Assembly (NCBI GenBank): GCA_020054235.1
Contig: JAGVLQ010000018.1
Span: 22,421 to 86,420, forward strand
From: Candidatus Babeliales bacterium
GTDB taxonomy: Bacteria; Babelota; Babeliae; Babelales; JACPOV01
Length of the DNA stretch: 64,000 nucleotides
Direction of reading: 5' to 3'
Shown: positions 36,401 to 45,983 of the stretch, piece by piece
Position numbering within the stretch: position 1 is the stretch's first letter
How the letters are laid out: each line of letters begins with the position of its first letter
Notes under the pieces: generated by a model
What the model was told of the DNA's origin: nothing
What the model saw: only the letters and a program-made list of their open reading frames with translations
Database searches by the model: none
Made by a program: the position numbers and the translations under genes

Positions 36401-37468
36401 TTGAAAAACATCACATTAATTACCCTGACACCCCCCAAACTTTCCACAGAACATATTCAGCAAAAAATAAGCTGTATTCGCGGACACCGTGAACGTATAT
36501 TTCAAGTTTTTGCTGAAGAACATAGCGGTAAAAAAATTTTTCATAACTATGGCCAAGGCGGAGCAGGGCTCACCTTTCTTTTTGGCTGCGTCGAAGAATC
36601 TATAAAACAGTTTGAAAAATATTGCTCTGCAAAAAACATTTCAAAAAACAATCCTATTTGTGTTATCGGAGCTGGTTGTTATGGGCTTTTGACTGCATGC
36701 ACACTGGCTTACAAAGGATACAACGTAAAAATAGTTGCAAAGCAAACAGAAAATCTTCCTTCTCACAATGGTGCTGGATTCTTCTTTCCGCGCCATCGTC
36801 GCTCATCAACTCCTGAAGAAATAAAAGAATATCAACTTCATAGTATGGCATCATTCATTGCTTACCAAAAAGTTATCAACGGCCAACACCCTTTTATTGC
36901 ACGAGGGCCATGCTTACTTCCTGCTTATTATGACCTTTCCATCAACCCTGGCCTTGAACCATTTATTAAAAAAGGCCTTTTACCAGAACCCAAAAAAGTA
37001 CGCATCACCTTTGGTGGTTCAACCATACATGAAGTTATGCACTATCAAATACTCTTTATCAACGCACATCAATTAATGGAAGAACTCGAAACCGCCCGAA
37101 AAAATTTCAATATCCCTATCGAGCAACGTACGATCCAAAGCTTTGATGAACTTGAGGAGGCAATTATTTTTAATTGTGCTGGTCTTGGAGCACGTCAACT
37201 GGCAAATGATAATTTGGTTAATCCCGTCCAGGGGCATTTAATTGCACTCTACAATCAACCAAAACCAGAAGAACTAAATTATCTTTTGAATGTAAAAGCA
37301 CCTGTTGACCATGCACGCGGCATAGAACCCCACAAACTCATTTACTTCACACCCAAAGGGCAAGGACTTTTAGGCATTACCTTTTTGCGAGGAAAAAAAG
37401 CACTCCAAACAAATGAACATGAGTTTGAAAAAATGCTCACTCGCGCGCAGGCATTTTTTGGATACTAA
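36401..37468 (+). CDS. FAD-dependent D-amino-acid-oxidase-like oxidoreductase, apparently circularly permuted
   Basis: TTG start. FHNYGQGGAGLTFLFGC (36542-36568 covers HNYGQGGAG) precedes the Rossmann motif VIGAGCYG (36662-36685). NCAGLGARQL...PVQGHLI follows as in DAAO. Confidence 0.6.
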   Translation: MKNITLITLTPPKLSTEHIQQKISCIRGHRERIFQVFAEEHSGKKIFHNYGQGGAGLTFLFGCVEESIKQFEKYCSAKNISKNNPICVIGAGCYGLLTACTLAYKGYNVKIVAKQTENLPSHNGAGFFFPRHRRSSTPEEIKEYQLHSMASFIAYQKVINGQHPFIARGPCLLPAYYDLSINPGLEPFIKKGLLPEPKKVRITFGGSTIHEVMHYQILFINAHQLMEELETARKNFNIPIEQRTIQSFDELEEAIIFNCAGLGARQLANDNLVNPVQGHLIALYNQPKPEELNYLLNVKAPVDHARGIEPHKLIYFTPKGQGLLGITFLRGKKALQTNEHEFEKMLTRAQAFFGY

Positions 37469-37525
37469 AAGGCGTCTTATACAGAGTTCATAAATTAAAA
37501 CTACGGTTTTTTGAATAAAAAAAAT

Positions 37526-37604
37526 TGGTGCGCTCGACCGGAATCGAACCGGCGACCTACAGATTAGGAATCTGTCGCTCTATCCTACTGACCCTTCGAT
37601 GCGC
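37526..37604 (-). pseudogene. degenerate tRNA-Arg(CCT)-like copy
   Basis: 57 nt (37535-37591) are identical to 37646-37702 of the intact tRNA. The acceptor 3' strand is changed (CGAGCGC-A-CCA). The 5' strand GCGCATCG needs a bulged A, and the D-stem has a G:G mismatch. Confidence 0.5.
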
Positions 37605-37636
37605 TTCGCTTACTCAGGACTAAAGGCAGCACTTTT

Positions 37637-37713
37637 TGGTATGCCCGACCGGAATCGAACCGGCGACCTACAGATTAGGAATCTGTCGCTCTATCCTACT
37701 GAGCTACGGGCAT
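37637..37713 (-). tRNA. tRNA-Arg (anticodon CCT)
   Basis: Hand-folded cloverleaf: acceptor ATGCCCG/CGGGCAT, D GCTC/GAGC, anticodon stem ACAGA/TCTGT with loop TTCCTAA, T-loop TTCGATT, encoded CCA. Confidence 0.8.
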
Positions 37714-37807
37714 ATTATAATTTTTTGAAAATTAGCCCAAAGAGCGCGCAAAGGATGGCTGCGCCAGGCGTAGCTTGCCGAGCCGGAAGGCCCGGATAAG
37801 CGAAGAC

Positions 37808-37884
37808 TGGTGCGCCCGATAGGAGTCGAACCTATAACCTACGGATTCGAAGTCCGTCGCTCTATCCGATTGAGCTACGGGCGC
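37808..37884 (-). tRNA. tRNA-Arg (anticodon TCG)
   Basis: Acceptor GCGCCCG/CGGGCGC, D GCTC/GAGC, anticodon stem ACGGA/TCCGT with loop CTTCGAA, T-arm ATAGG-TTCGACT-CCTAT, encoded CCA. Confidence 0.85.
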
Positions 37885-37939
37885 GTATAGTTTCAAAAGT
37901 ATTTATTGTTGTACCAAAAAAAAGAAAAAATGGCGAATT

Positions 37940-38680
37940 TTAGGCATTATTTTTTCGCTCAAAATATGCAAGAAATTCTTTATTGCCAGTTGTGCCTTCA
38001 ATGGGGGATTCTATAACACCGATCAATTCAAAACCTTCAGCTTGAACTCCTTCGGTGACTTTTTTAATAACTTCTTGGTGCACCGCAGGATCTTTGACAA
38101 TGCCACCTTTGCCAACTTGATGTTTTTCTGCCTCAAATTGTGGTTTGATGAGCACAATTAGCTTGCCAGCATCCTTTAATAGATTCTTAACTGCATCGAT
38201 TACTTTCAGCACAGAAATAAAAGAAAGATCGAGCGTCACCAAATCAACCTTTTCAGGAAGTGTTTTGATTTGACGCAAATTGGTACGCTCCATAATAATA
38301 ACACGATCATCATGACGAATTTTTTCATGCACTTGGCCGTAACCAACATCAACACCATAAACTCTTTTAGCACCTCGTTGCAAAAGACAATCGGTAAAGC
38401 CACCGGTCGAAATACCCGCATCCATAACCACCAAGTTTTTCACCTCAATGCCAAAATGATCAAGCGCCTTTTCTAATTTAAAACCAGCACGTGACACATA
38501 TTTTGGCTCTACCAAATCAATATGTATTTCAGCAGATGTATTGACTTGCGTCCCGGGCTTTGTTTGTTGCAGACCCTCAACCATTACTTTACCTTGCATG
38601 ATCAAACTTTGAATAAACGTTTTACTTAAATTTGGATAACGCTCAGAAATTAGATGATCAAGTCGTTTTTTTGTAGCCAT
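37940..38680 (-). CDS. tlyA: TlyA-family rRNA 2'-O-methyltransferase (S4 + FtsJ-like domains)
   Basis: N-terminal S4-like KRLDHLISE...GKVMVEG, and a SAM motif VMDAGISTGGFTDCLLQRGAKRVYGVDVG. Confidence 0.8.
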   Translation of the reverse strand: MATKKRLDHLISERYPNLSKTFIQSLIMQGKVMVEGLQQTKPGTQVNTSAEIHIDLVEPKYVSRAGFKLEKALDHFGIEVKNLVVMDAGISTGGFTDCLLQRGAKRVYGVDVGYGQVHEKIRHDDRVIIMERTNLRQIKTLPEKVDLVTLDLSFISVLKVIDAVKNLLKDAGKLIVLIKPQFEAEKHQVGKGGIVKDPAVHQEVIKKVTEGVQAEGFELIGVIESPIEGTTGNKEFLAYFERKNNA

Positions 38681-38695
38681 GGCTCTTTTATAAAA

Positions 38696-40375
38696 TCATG
38701 CTGCAGCATTAGATATGTTATTGACCGATTGCATCTTTGCTTGATTATCAACCAAAATCATACCGGTGTTTTTTTTATCAAGCCCCGCTTTTGCAATTAA
38801 AACCTGCATAGTATCTGAAACTGGAATGAAGTAATCTTTGGCCAATTTCATATCTTCGGTCAATACTTTTTTGAATGGACAAACGACAAAAACACCTTCT
38901 GCTGTTTCAACGGTTAAGTTTTCAGAAGTTAGCCCTTTGTATAATGATTCACGCAAATCTGCTAATGTTTTGACAGATTTGCCATTAATTTCTTTGACAA
39001 TAGCACCTAGTGACAATGAACGCGAGCGTTGTGCTTCAGAGTCCGGGAAAATGTGCGTAATAATCAATGCTGGCTCCATTTGATATTTCATTTCGGTATA
39101 CTTTGCCAAACTCGGTGAGATATTTATTAAAAATGGCAAATGGTTAATCGTCAGTGGCTGAATAACCATGCCGGCCACAATTTCATAATCTATCTTTTCA
39201 TAGCCTGGGTAAATTTTTCTAATAGGTAGTAATTCCGATTGATCAAAAGCAAAACTGAATGTTTTTTGTTTGCCTCGACGATATACCACTAAATCAATTT
39301 TTTGACCTAATTTGAGTTGCGCTACATAATCGATGATAGAAATTTTGTCTTCAGTCCACGCAAATTCACCATAATAATCAAGGCGATGGCCATTAATTTG
39401 ATAAATCATATCACCCTTTTGCACACCAGCTTTATGTAATGGACTGTCTTTATAGACATCGACCACGTACAATCCACCAGGCACCGGATTTCCTAAATAA
39501 CTGGTAAGCGCATCGCTAGCATTATTAAACAAAACCCCTAAGAAAGGCTTACGTAATAATTTTACATGGCGCAAGTCATCAAGAACGATTTTGAGCTCAT
39601 TGACTGGAATTACATAACCAACGTTTTGCGCATCAGGTGCGTACAAAGTATTAATTCCAACTACACGCCCAAGACGATCAACGGATGGTCCACCGGAATT
39701 TCCAGGATTAATCGGGGCATCAATTTGAATTAAATGTGATTCACGGCCACTGACAACACCAACCGTACTTTTTAAACCTTGTTGGCCAAGTGGATACCCA
39801 AGTGTCATAATTTCATCAGCGCGATGAACCATGCTTGAATCCCCCAATGCTAAACACTTAATTTCTCCTAACTCCTTCTTGATCGTTACAAGATCTGCAT
39901 GATTAACTTTGAGCAAAGCAATATCACGATCAGGACTTACACCAACAATATCAACTTTGAATTGATGTTTACCCAATGAAGGAATCTGGACATAGACAGA
40001 CTTTGCTTGATCAACGACATGCGCATTGGTGATAATTTCACCATCAGGATTAATAAAAAATCCACTGCCGGTAGCTTGCCCTTGCGAAGGTGTTTTATAA
40101 GGCTGCAACAAATCAATAGCTGCAATCTGAGAAAAAACTTGTACGATAGTATCTTTGAGCTTAGCTTGCAAATCCGACCATGCCTCAGAAGAACCTGACA
40201 CACGCTCTATAATGATTTCTTTTTGAACAAGATTTTGCATTGGTTGTTCGTTAAGCTTTGCAAGCAACAATGAACGGAGCTCTTCCTGCTCTTTTTGAAT
40301 TTTATTGAGATAAATACTACCACCAACTAAAACTGACAGCAAAAAACCATAAATGCTTGTGTCGATAAACTTCAT
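38696..40375 (-). CDS. htrA: HtrA/DegP-family serine protease with PDZ domains
   Basis: Triad contexts IITNAHVV, DIALLKV and GNSGGP, plus an N-terminal TM and a C-terminal PDZ-like region; 559 aa. Confidence 0.8.
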   Translation of the reverse strand: MKFIDTSIYGFLLSVLVGGSIYLNKIQKEQEELRSLLLAKLNEQPMQNLVQKEIIIERVSGSSEAWSDLQAKLKDTIVQVFSQIAAIDLLQPYKTPSQGQATGSGFFINPDGEIITNAHVVDQAKSVYVQIPSLGKHQFKVDIVGVSPDRDIALLKVNHADLVTIKKELGEIKCLALGDSSMVHRADEIMTLGYPLGQQGLKSTVGVVSGRESHLIQIDAPINPGNSGGPSVDRLGRVVGINTLYAPDAQNVGYVIPVNELKIVLDDLRHVKLLRKPFLGVLFNNASDALTSYLGNPVPGGLYVVDVYKDSPLHKAGVQKGDMIYQINGHRLDYYGEFAWTEDKISIIDYVAQLKLGQKIDLVVYRRGKQKTFSFAFDQSELLPIRKIYPGYEKIDYEIVAGMVIQPLTINHLPFLINISPSLAKYTEMKYQMEPALIITHIFPDSEAQRSRSLSLGAIVKEINGKSVKTLADLRESLYKGLTSENLTVETAEGVFVVCPFKKVLTEDMKLAKDYFIPVSDTMQVLIAKAGLDKKNTGMILVDNQAKMQSVNNISNAAA

Positions 40376-40551
40376 TAAATCCTCAATTCTGTAGAATAAT
40401 ACAACTCTTTACGAACGCAAAATAGGCCTTCATTATAGCACAGCAAAAAAAAATAGACCAGGCTCTAATAAAGCTCATATATTGCCAAACCATACTGATA
40501 AGATTATGCTTGTCTATACAAAAAAATACCCCGTAGACCAAGGAGTTTCTC

Positions 40552-41874
40552 ATGGATTCATCAAGTCCCGTAACGCTTGAAAAAATTATTTCTCTCTGCA
40601 AGAGAAAAGGGTTTGTGTATCAATCTGCTGACATATATGGCGGCTTGAATGGAATCTATGACTTCGGACACCTCGGAACTTTGTTAAAAAATAATATTAG
40701 AAAAACATGGCTTGAATCTATTTATACTGCAAATGATAATATTTTCTTGTTTGAGGGGTCTTTGCTTGGTCCTGAGCCTGTCTGGAAAGCATCGGGTCAT
40801 CTTGATAGTTTTCATGATCCTATGGTTGATTGCATGAACTGCAAACATCGCTATCGCGCTGATGAAATCGATCTTGAAAAAGCATGCGCTCATTGTGGAA
40901 AAAAACAATGGACCGATATTAAAAACTTCAACATGATGTTCAAAACCCAAGTCGGCGCATCACAAGAAAACGCAGCAGTAGGCTATTTGCGCCCTGAAAC
41001 AGCACAAGCAATTTTTATTAATTTCAAAAACGTCATTTCTACCAATCGCGTAAAAATGCCCTTTGGTATAGCACAAATTGGTAAAGCTTTCAGAAATGAA
41101 ATTAACCCAAAACAATTTTTATTTAGAATGCGCGAATTCGAACAGATGGAACTTGAATGGTTTTGTAAACAAGAAGAAGCTGAGCATTTTTTTGAATTTT
41201 GGTGTCAAAAAAGATTGGCATATCATGCATCTATAGGAATCGATCCGGCAAAACTTCGTTTGCGCTTCTATGAAAAAAGTGAACTTGCTCATTATTCGCA
41301 AGCAACTTCTGATATTGAATACCATTTTCCTTTTGGCTGGAAAGAACTCGAAGGCATCGCACATCGTGGCAACTTTGACCTTTCTCAACATACTAAACAT
41401 TCAGGTAAAGATTTAAGCGTCTACGATGAAGAAACAAAAGAATCCTCTATTCCAACCGTTGTCGAATCGTCTGTTGGTGTTGATCGCCTCTTTTTGACGC
41501 TATTATTCGATGCTTATGAAGAACAAGTAGTTGAGGGCGAAGAAGAACGCATTGTTTTGCATTTTGCACCAAATATTGCACCGATAAAAGCTGCTTTTTT
41601 TCCGCTCTCTAAAAAACTAAATGAACCAATGCTCAAAATTTTTCATGCCATACAAAAAAAGGGTTACTCTGTGCAATTTGACGATGCAGGCTCAATCGGC
41701 AAACGCTATCGTCGACAAGATGAAATTGGTACACCTTTATGCTTTACCTACGATTTTGACAGTGAAACTGATCATAAAGTTACGGTGCGCGATCGCGACA
41801 CTATGAAGCAAGAACGAATTGCCATTGATCATATCGAATCTTACTTAAAAAATCATTTAACCAAAAAGGAATAA
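40552..41874 (+). CDS. glyQS: glycine--tRNA ligase (dimeric class II type)
   Basis: FVYQSADIYGGLNGIYDFGHLG, YLRPETAQ, FRNEI.PK.FLFRMREFEQME and GVDRL motifs; 440 aa. Confidence 0.9.
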   Translation: MDSSSPVTLEKIISLCKRKGFVYQSADIYGGLNGIYDFGHLGTLLKNNIRKTWLESIYTANDNIFLFEGSLLGPEPVWKASGHLDSFHDPMVDCMNCKHRYRADEIDLEKACAHCGKKQWTDIKNFNMMFKTQVGASQENAAVGYLRPETAQAIFINFKNVISTNRVKMPFGIAQIGKAFRNEINPKQFLFRMREFEQMELEWFCKQEEAEHFFEFWCQKRLAYHASIGIDPAKLRLRFYEKSELAHYSQATSDIEYHFPFGWKELEGIAHRGNFDLSQHTKHSGKDLSVYDEETKESSIPTVVESSVGVDRLFLTLLFDAYEEQVVEGEEERIVLHFAPNIAPIKAAFFPLSKKLNEPMLKIFHAIQKKGYSVQFDDAGSIGKRYRRQDEIGTPLCFTYDFDSETDHKVTVRDRDTMKQERIAIDHIESYLKNHLTKKE

Positions 41875-41885
41875 GGAGTACATCA

Positions 41886-42479
41886 ATGAATGCCGTTAAA
41901 CAATGGTATGACTGGATGGGCAGACAAGTACATACCATCTATGCTACACCTGTTTTGATTCTCATGTTTTTTATTGAAGCAACCGTTTTTTTAGTCCCCG
42001 TTGATCCTCTACTTATTTTATATTGTTTAGAGCATCGACAACGTAGTATGTACTATGCAACGGTTGCAACATCCGCATCCGTTATTGGTGGAATATTTGG
42101 CTATGGCATTGGTTTTTTATTGTGGCAAACGGTAGGTCCTCTTATTACAACCTATCTGATTTCTGCCGCTACATTTGCACAAGTAGTACACTGGTTTACC
42201 GAATATGAATCTTTAGCAGTTTTGATTGCCGGTTTTACACCGGTTCCTTACAAAGCCGTTACGATTGGCGCTGGCTTTTGTAAGCTACCGCTTACTCCCT
42301 TTGTTTTTTATTCCATTATTGCACGTGGAGCACGTTTCTTTTTATTAGCCGCTATAATTCGTATTTGGGGCGATCAAATTAAGGAATATATTGACCGCTA
42401 CTTTAATCTCCTTGTAATCTTATTTGTAGTAGTAGTAGTAGGCAGTATTTGGCTTATAAAAATTACTTCGGGTACCTAA
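41886..42479 (+). CDS. YqaA/DedA-type (SNARE-associated) membrane protein
   Basis: 197 aa, multi-TM, with a PVPYKAVTIGAG-type motif. Confidence 0.5.
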   Translation: MNAVKQWYDWMGRQVHTIYATPVLILMFFIEATVFLVPVDPLLILYCLEHRQRSMYYATVATSASVIGGIFGYGIGFLLWQTVGPLITTYLISAATFAQVVHWFTEYESLAVLIAGFTPVPYKAVTIGAGFCKLPLTPFVFYSIIARGARFFLLAAIIRIWGDQIKEYIDRYFNLLVILFVVVVVGSIWLIKITSGT

Positions 42480-42496
42480 AAAGGAATTTAACGGTA

Positions 42497-43822
42497 ATGC
42501 CCAAAAAAATTGAATTTTCCCCAGGTCGGACAATCCTTATTTCAATTTTGGCTGCGATTATTGTAGGCACTTTTTTACTTTGGTTACCTGGTTCGCGCAA
42601 TGAATCAATCCCTCTTATTGATCTTATTTTTACTGCTACTTCACTCACAACAGTAACTGGTTTACAAACAGTACCCATTACCAGCTTCAGTCCTTTTGGA
42701 CAATGCATTATTTTGCTCCTTATGCAAATTGGCGGGCTTGGTTTGATTACTATGACCTTATTTATTCTTTCAATTTTTGTTCACCTTGGTTTAACAACAC
42801 AAATGCTTGCAGGACAAATTCTTGAGCTTGAATCTTGGAAAAATATAAAAGCATTACTGTTTTTTATTTTTAAATTCACCCTGCTTTTTGAAGGCCTTGG
42901 AGCTTTAATAACTTTTTTGGCTATTCATCAAGACTACAGTTTTATGTATGCACTTTTTCTTTCAATGTTTCATGCTATTTCTTCATTTTGTGATGCCGGA
43001 TTTTCTTTATTTCCCAATGGCATGATAGGGTTTAATACGAATCCTTTAATGCTCATTTCTACTTCTCTACTTATGTTATTTGGTGGTCTAGGATTTATTA
43101 CTTGGCATGAGCTGATCACGTATTATTCAAATTTTTTTAAGAAAAAAAGAAGATTTTTATCTTTATACAGCAAAATAGCACTTTCTAGTACGTTCATATT
43201 AGTCACTTCTACAAGCATTTTGTATTGGCTATTAGAGCGAAATAACAGTTTTGCTACAATGAGCCCGACCTTGACATTCTTAAATACTATTTTCAATGCA
43301 ATCGCAAGTCGAAGTACGGGCTTTATAACTGTACCAATAACAGAATTACATATTGCAACGCTGTTTGTTGTCATGATTATCGCATTCATTGGTTCTTCAC
43401 CGGGCTCAACGGGTAGTGGGATCAAAACAACAACCTTTGCTGTTTTTCTTGCAACCATCAAAACTGCAGTAATGGGACAAAATTCTGTACAAATTAAAGG
43501 AAGAAGAATTCCTAAAGATCAAGTTTTCAAAGCTATGGCTATAATATCTTTGAGTATTGGCTGGATCATTATCACCACATTTTGTTTATTAATTACGGAA
43601 ACTCGATGGGAATTTTTTGATATTTTCTTTGAAGTAGTTTCTGCGTTCGCAACATTAGGGCTTTCAACGGGAATAACACCGTTTCTTACTGCGACGGGAA
43701 AACTATTCATTATCGCGACCATGATTATTGGACGAATCGGTTCACTTACTTTTATGCTCGCGTTACGTAGAAAATCAGAAGCACAAGAATTTCAATACCC
43801 CGAAGAACGAGTAATGTTATAA
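42497..43822 (+). CDS. Trk/Ktr-type K+ uptake membrane subunit (TrkH/KtrB family)
   Basis: The ATG at 42497 follows AAAGGAA (the track start 42449 overlaps the upstream gene). Repeated pore-loop motifs are present (TTVTGLQT, DAGFSLF, SRSTGF, LSTGITP). Confidence 0.8.
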   Translation: MPKKIEFSPGRTILISILAAIIVGTFLLWLPGSRNESIPLIDLIFTATSLTTVTGLQTVPITSFSPFGQCIILLLMQIGGLGLITMTLFILSIFVHLGLTTQMLAGQILELESWKNIKALLFFIFKFTLLFEGLGALITFLAIHQDYSFMYALFLSMFHAISSFCDAGFSLFPNGMIGFNTNPLMLISTSLLMLFGGLGFITWHELITYYSNFFKKKRRFLSLYSKIALSSTFILVTSTSILYWLLERNNSFATMSPTLTFLNTIFNAIASRSTGFITVPITELHIATLFVVMIIAFIGSSPGSTGSGIKTTTFAVFLATIKTAVMGQNSVQIKGRRIPKDQVFKAMAIISLSIGWIIITTFCLLITETRWEFFDIFFEVVSAFATLGLSTGITPFLTATGKLFIIATMIIGRIGSLTFMLALRRKSEAQEFQYPEERVML

Positions 43823-43840
43823 AAATATAAAGGTTAAATC

Positions 43841-44482
43841 ATGAAATTTTGTGTAATTGGCCTCGGCCACTTTGGTTATCACGTTGCAACAAGACTGGCA
43901 GAAAATGGCATGGAAGTTTTGGGTATCGATACAAATGAATCAGTCATTGCATCAATAAGAGATCAAATAACACAAGCGGTCTGCATGCGCGTAACCGATG
44001 CAGCGTCATTGCGTTCCATCGGTGTTGATGAAATGGATACGGTCATTGTTGCCATGGGAGAAAATTTTGCACAAGCAATTTTGATCACAGCCCTTTGCAA
44101 AAAAAAGCTTAATATTCCGCTTGTTATTACGCGTGCCATTAATGAAATGCACAAAGAAATTTTACAATTGATTGGGGCTGATCGCGTAGTGTTACCAGAA
44201 CAAGAAATTGGCATTAAACTTGCGGATAATTTGAGTTTGCCGTTTTCAGTACTTTCGCGCGTTACCAAAGATTTTTCTATCAGCCAAATTACCGCTCCAC
44301 CATCATTTTTTGGTAAAAAATTAAGCGATTTAAATCTTTTTAAAAATTATCGAGTCCGCTGCATAGGTGTTATTCGCGATAAAAAAATTCATCCCGTTGA
44401 TCAAAACTATTTGATAGAAGAACATGATAACTTAATTGTTGCCGGCAACAACAAGGATCTAGAAGTAATAGCCCAATTGTGA
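43841..44482 (+). CDS. Trk/Ktr-type K+ uptake peripheral RCK subunit (TrkA/KtrA family)
   Basis: Rossmann motif VIGLGHFG; 213 aa; directly downstream of the membrane subunit. Confidence 0.8.
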   Translation: MKFCVIGLGHFGYHVATRLAENGMEVLGIDTNESVIASIRDQITQAVCMRVTDAASLRSIGVDEMDTVIVAMGENFAQAILITALCKKKLNIPLVITRAINEMHKEILQLIGADRVVLPEQEIGIKLADNLSLPFSVLSRVTKDFSISQITAPPSFFGKKLSDLNLFKNYRVRCIGVIRDKKIHPVDQNYLIEEHDNLIVAGNNKDLEVIAQL

Positions 44483-45084
44483 ATACTGTGTTAAGGATTA
44501 AAAATTTAACAGTCTGCTATCAACAAGGTTTTTTTCAAGAACCTCAACCAATACTTCAAGATTTCTCCTTGACCGTTTTTTCTGGCGAGATCATTGCCAT
44601 CGTTGGAGATAATGGTACCGGAAAAACAACTCTATTAAAAACAATTGCAGGTTTAATACCAATCTTTTCCGGATCTATCGAAAAAACTAAAAAACTCAGC
44701 TATGTACCCGAACAATGCAATCCAATGCCTTTTTTAACTGCCTATGATTTTTTGTGGTATGGAACCAACCTTGCAGGAATCAAAAATCCTCGAAGTACTA
44801 TTGAGAATTATCTTGCATTCGTAGATTTGTTGGCTCATAAAAATAAAAAAATAAAAAGCCTTTCAAAAGGCATGCGCCAACGCTTGTCCATTGCCCATGC
44901 GCTATTAACACAAGCAGAACTTATTTTATTTGATGAACCATTTTCTGGGTTGGATCGAGAATCAAAAAAAATTGTAGAGCGACTTTGTTTTGAAAAAAAT
45001 TCAGAGCAAGCGGTTCTTTACACATGTCATGAACAATCCGCTGATAAAAATCACAACGTTATAGTTCTGGAAAAATTGTATTGA
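44479..45084 (+). CDS. ABC transporter ATP-binding protein (no cognate permease adjacent)
   Basis: Walker [10 protein letters not shown], signature LSKGMRQR, Walker [15 protein letters not shown] start overlapping the upstream stop. Confidence 0.75.
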   Translation: MNTVLRIKNLTVCYQQGFFQEPQPILQDFSLTVFSGEIIAIVGDNGTGKTTLLKTIAGLIPIFSGSIEKTKKLSYVPEQCNPMPFLTAYDFLWYGTNLAGIKNPRSTIENYLAFVDLLAHKNKKIKSLSKGMRQRLSIAHALLTQAELILFDEPFSGLDRESKKIVERLCFEKNSEQAVLYTCHEQSADKNHNVIVLEKLY

Positions 45085-45281
45085 GAGGTTCTTTTGATGT
45101 TTTTTTGAATTTTCAACAAGCTCTTCAATCAAATCTGGCTTGTTATTAGTCGGTGAAATTTTTCTATATCAAACTCTTTTATTTCGCCAGTTTCTTTTTC
45201 TATAGTAAATCCCATAAAATCTCGCTTTTATGTAAGTTTTCAAAAATATACTAAATTTGATAGTCAAAAAAAATAGAGTTG

Positions 45282-45983
45282 ATGTGTGTGAAGTATATTA
45301 AATTAGCCATTATTTTGTTTTTAATAATTTCAGTAGTATTATTTTCTAGATTTAGTGGTATTGAAAACTATATCAATTTTCAAATACTCAAGGATAATCG
45401 AGCACATTTGCTTGCTATTGTGGAACACAATTATTGGTCGTCTGTTTTTGTATATATTATTACCTATATTTTTGTTGTAGCCTTATCCCTTCCTGTTGCT
45501 GTTCCTTTAACACTCATAGGGGGATTTGTTTTTGGTGTATTGCCTGCAGTTCTCTACATTAATATAGGTGCAACCTTGGGCGCTGTTGTTACATTTCTTA
45601 TCGTTCGTTATCTTTTGGGATTTGAACTACAAAAGACTTATTCTCAGAACTTAATAGAATTTAACAGAAATATAGCTCTTTATGGTGCTAACTATCTTTT
45701 ATTAGCGCGATTTATAGTTTTAATTCCATTTTTCTTAATCAATATTTTGGCAGGATTAACTAATATACCATTAAAAACCTTTATCTGGACAACTTCTCTT
45801 GGTATTATTCCTGGATCATTAATATATGCTTATGCTGGAAAAAATATTATTAGTATTAATGCCCCTCATGAAATTTTTTCATTGAAAATTATAGCTATTT
45901 TCTTAGTTATTATAACGTTTGGCATTTTTTTACTTCTCTTTAAGAAGCTAAAAGTTTTTAAAAATATAAAGGTGAGTAAGTGA
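45282..45983 (+). CDS. TVP38/TMEM64-family (DedA-like) membrane protein
   Basis: Multi-TM with LIGGFVFG...; overlaps the downstream oxidoreductase by 4 nt. Confidence 0.55.
   Translation: MCVKYIKLAIILFLIISVVLFSRFSGIENYINFQILKDNRAHLLAIVEHNYWSSVFVYIITYIFVVALSLPVAVPLTLIGGFVFGVLPAVLYINIGATLGAVVTFLIVRYLLGFELQKTYSQNLIEFNRNIALYGANYLLLARFIVLIPFFLINILAGLTNIPLKTFIWTTSLGIIPGSLIYAYAGKNIISINAPHEIFSLKIIAIFLVIITFGIFLLLFKKLKVFKNIKVSK

Noticed and set aside
37599-37799. 66-aa plus-strand ORF
   Set aside because: It overlaps two tRNA genes on the opposite strand and has no RBS, so it is an artefact of the GC-rich tRNA region.
37741-37806. SRP (4.5S) RNA candidate because of CCAGG...CCGGAAGG
   Set aside because: The conserved GGAAGCAGC symmetric-loop sequence is missing, the 3' end would overlap tRNA-Arg(TCG), and no long helix could be drawn.
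45085-45278. Possible small minus-strand ORF (MGFTIEKETGEIKEFDIEKFHRLITSQI) or gene relic in the 194-nt spacer
   Set aside because: It is only 28 codons, with no RBS and no recognisable family, so there is not enough evidence.
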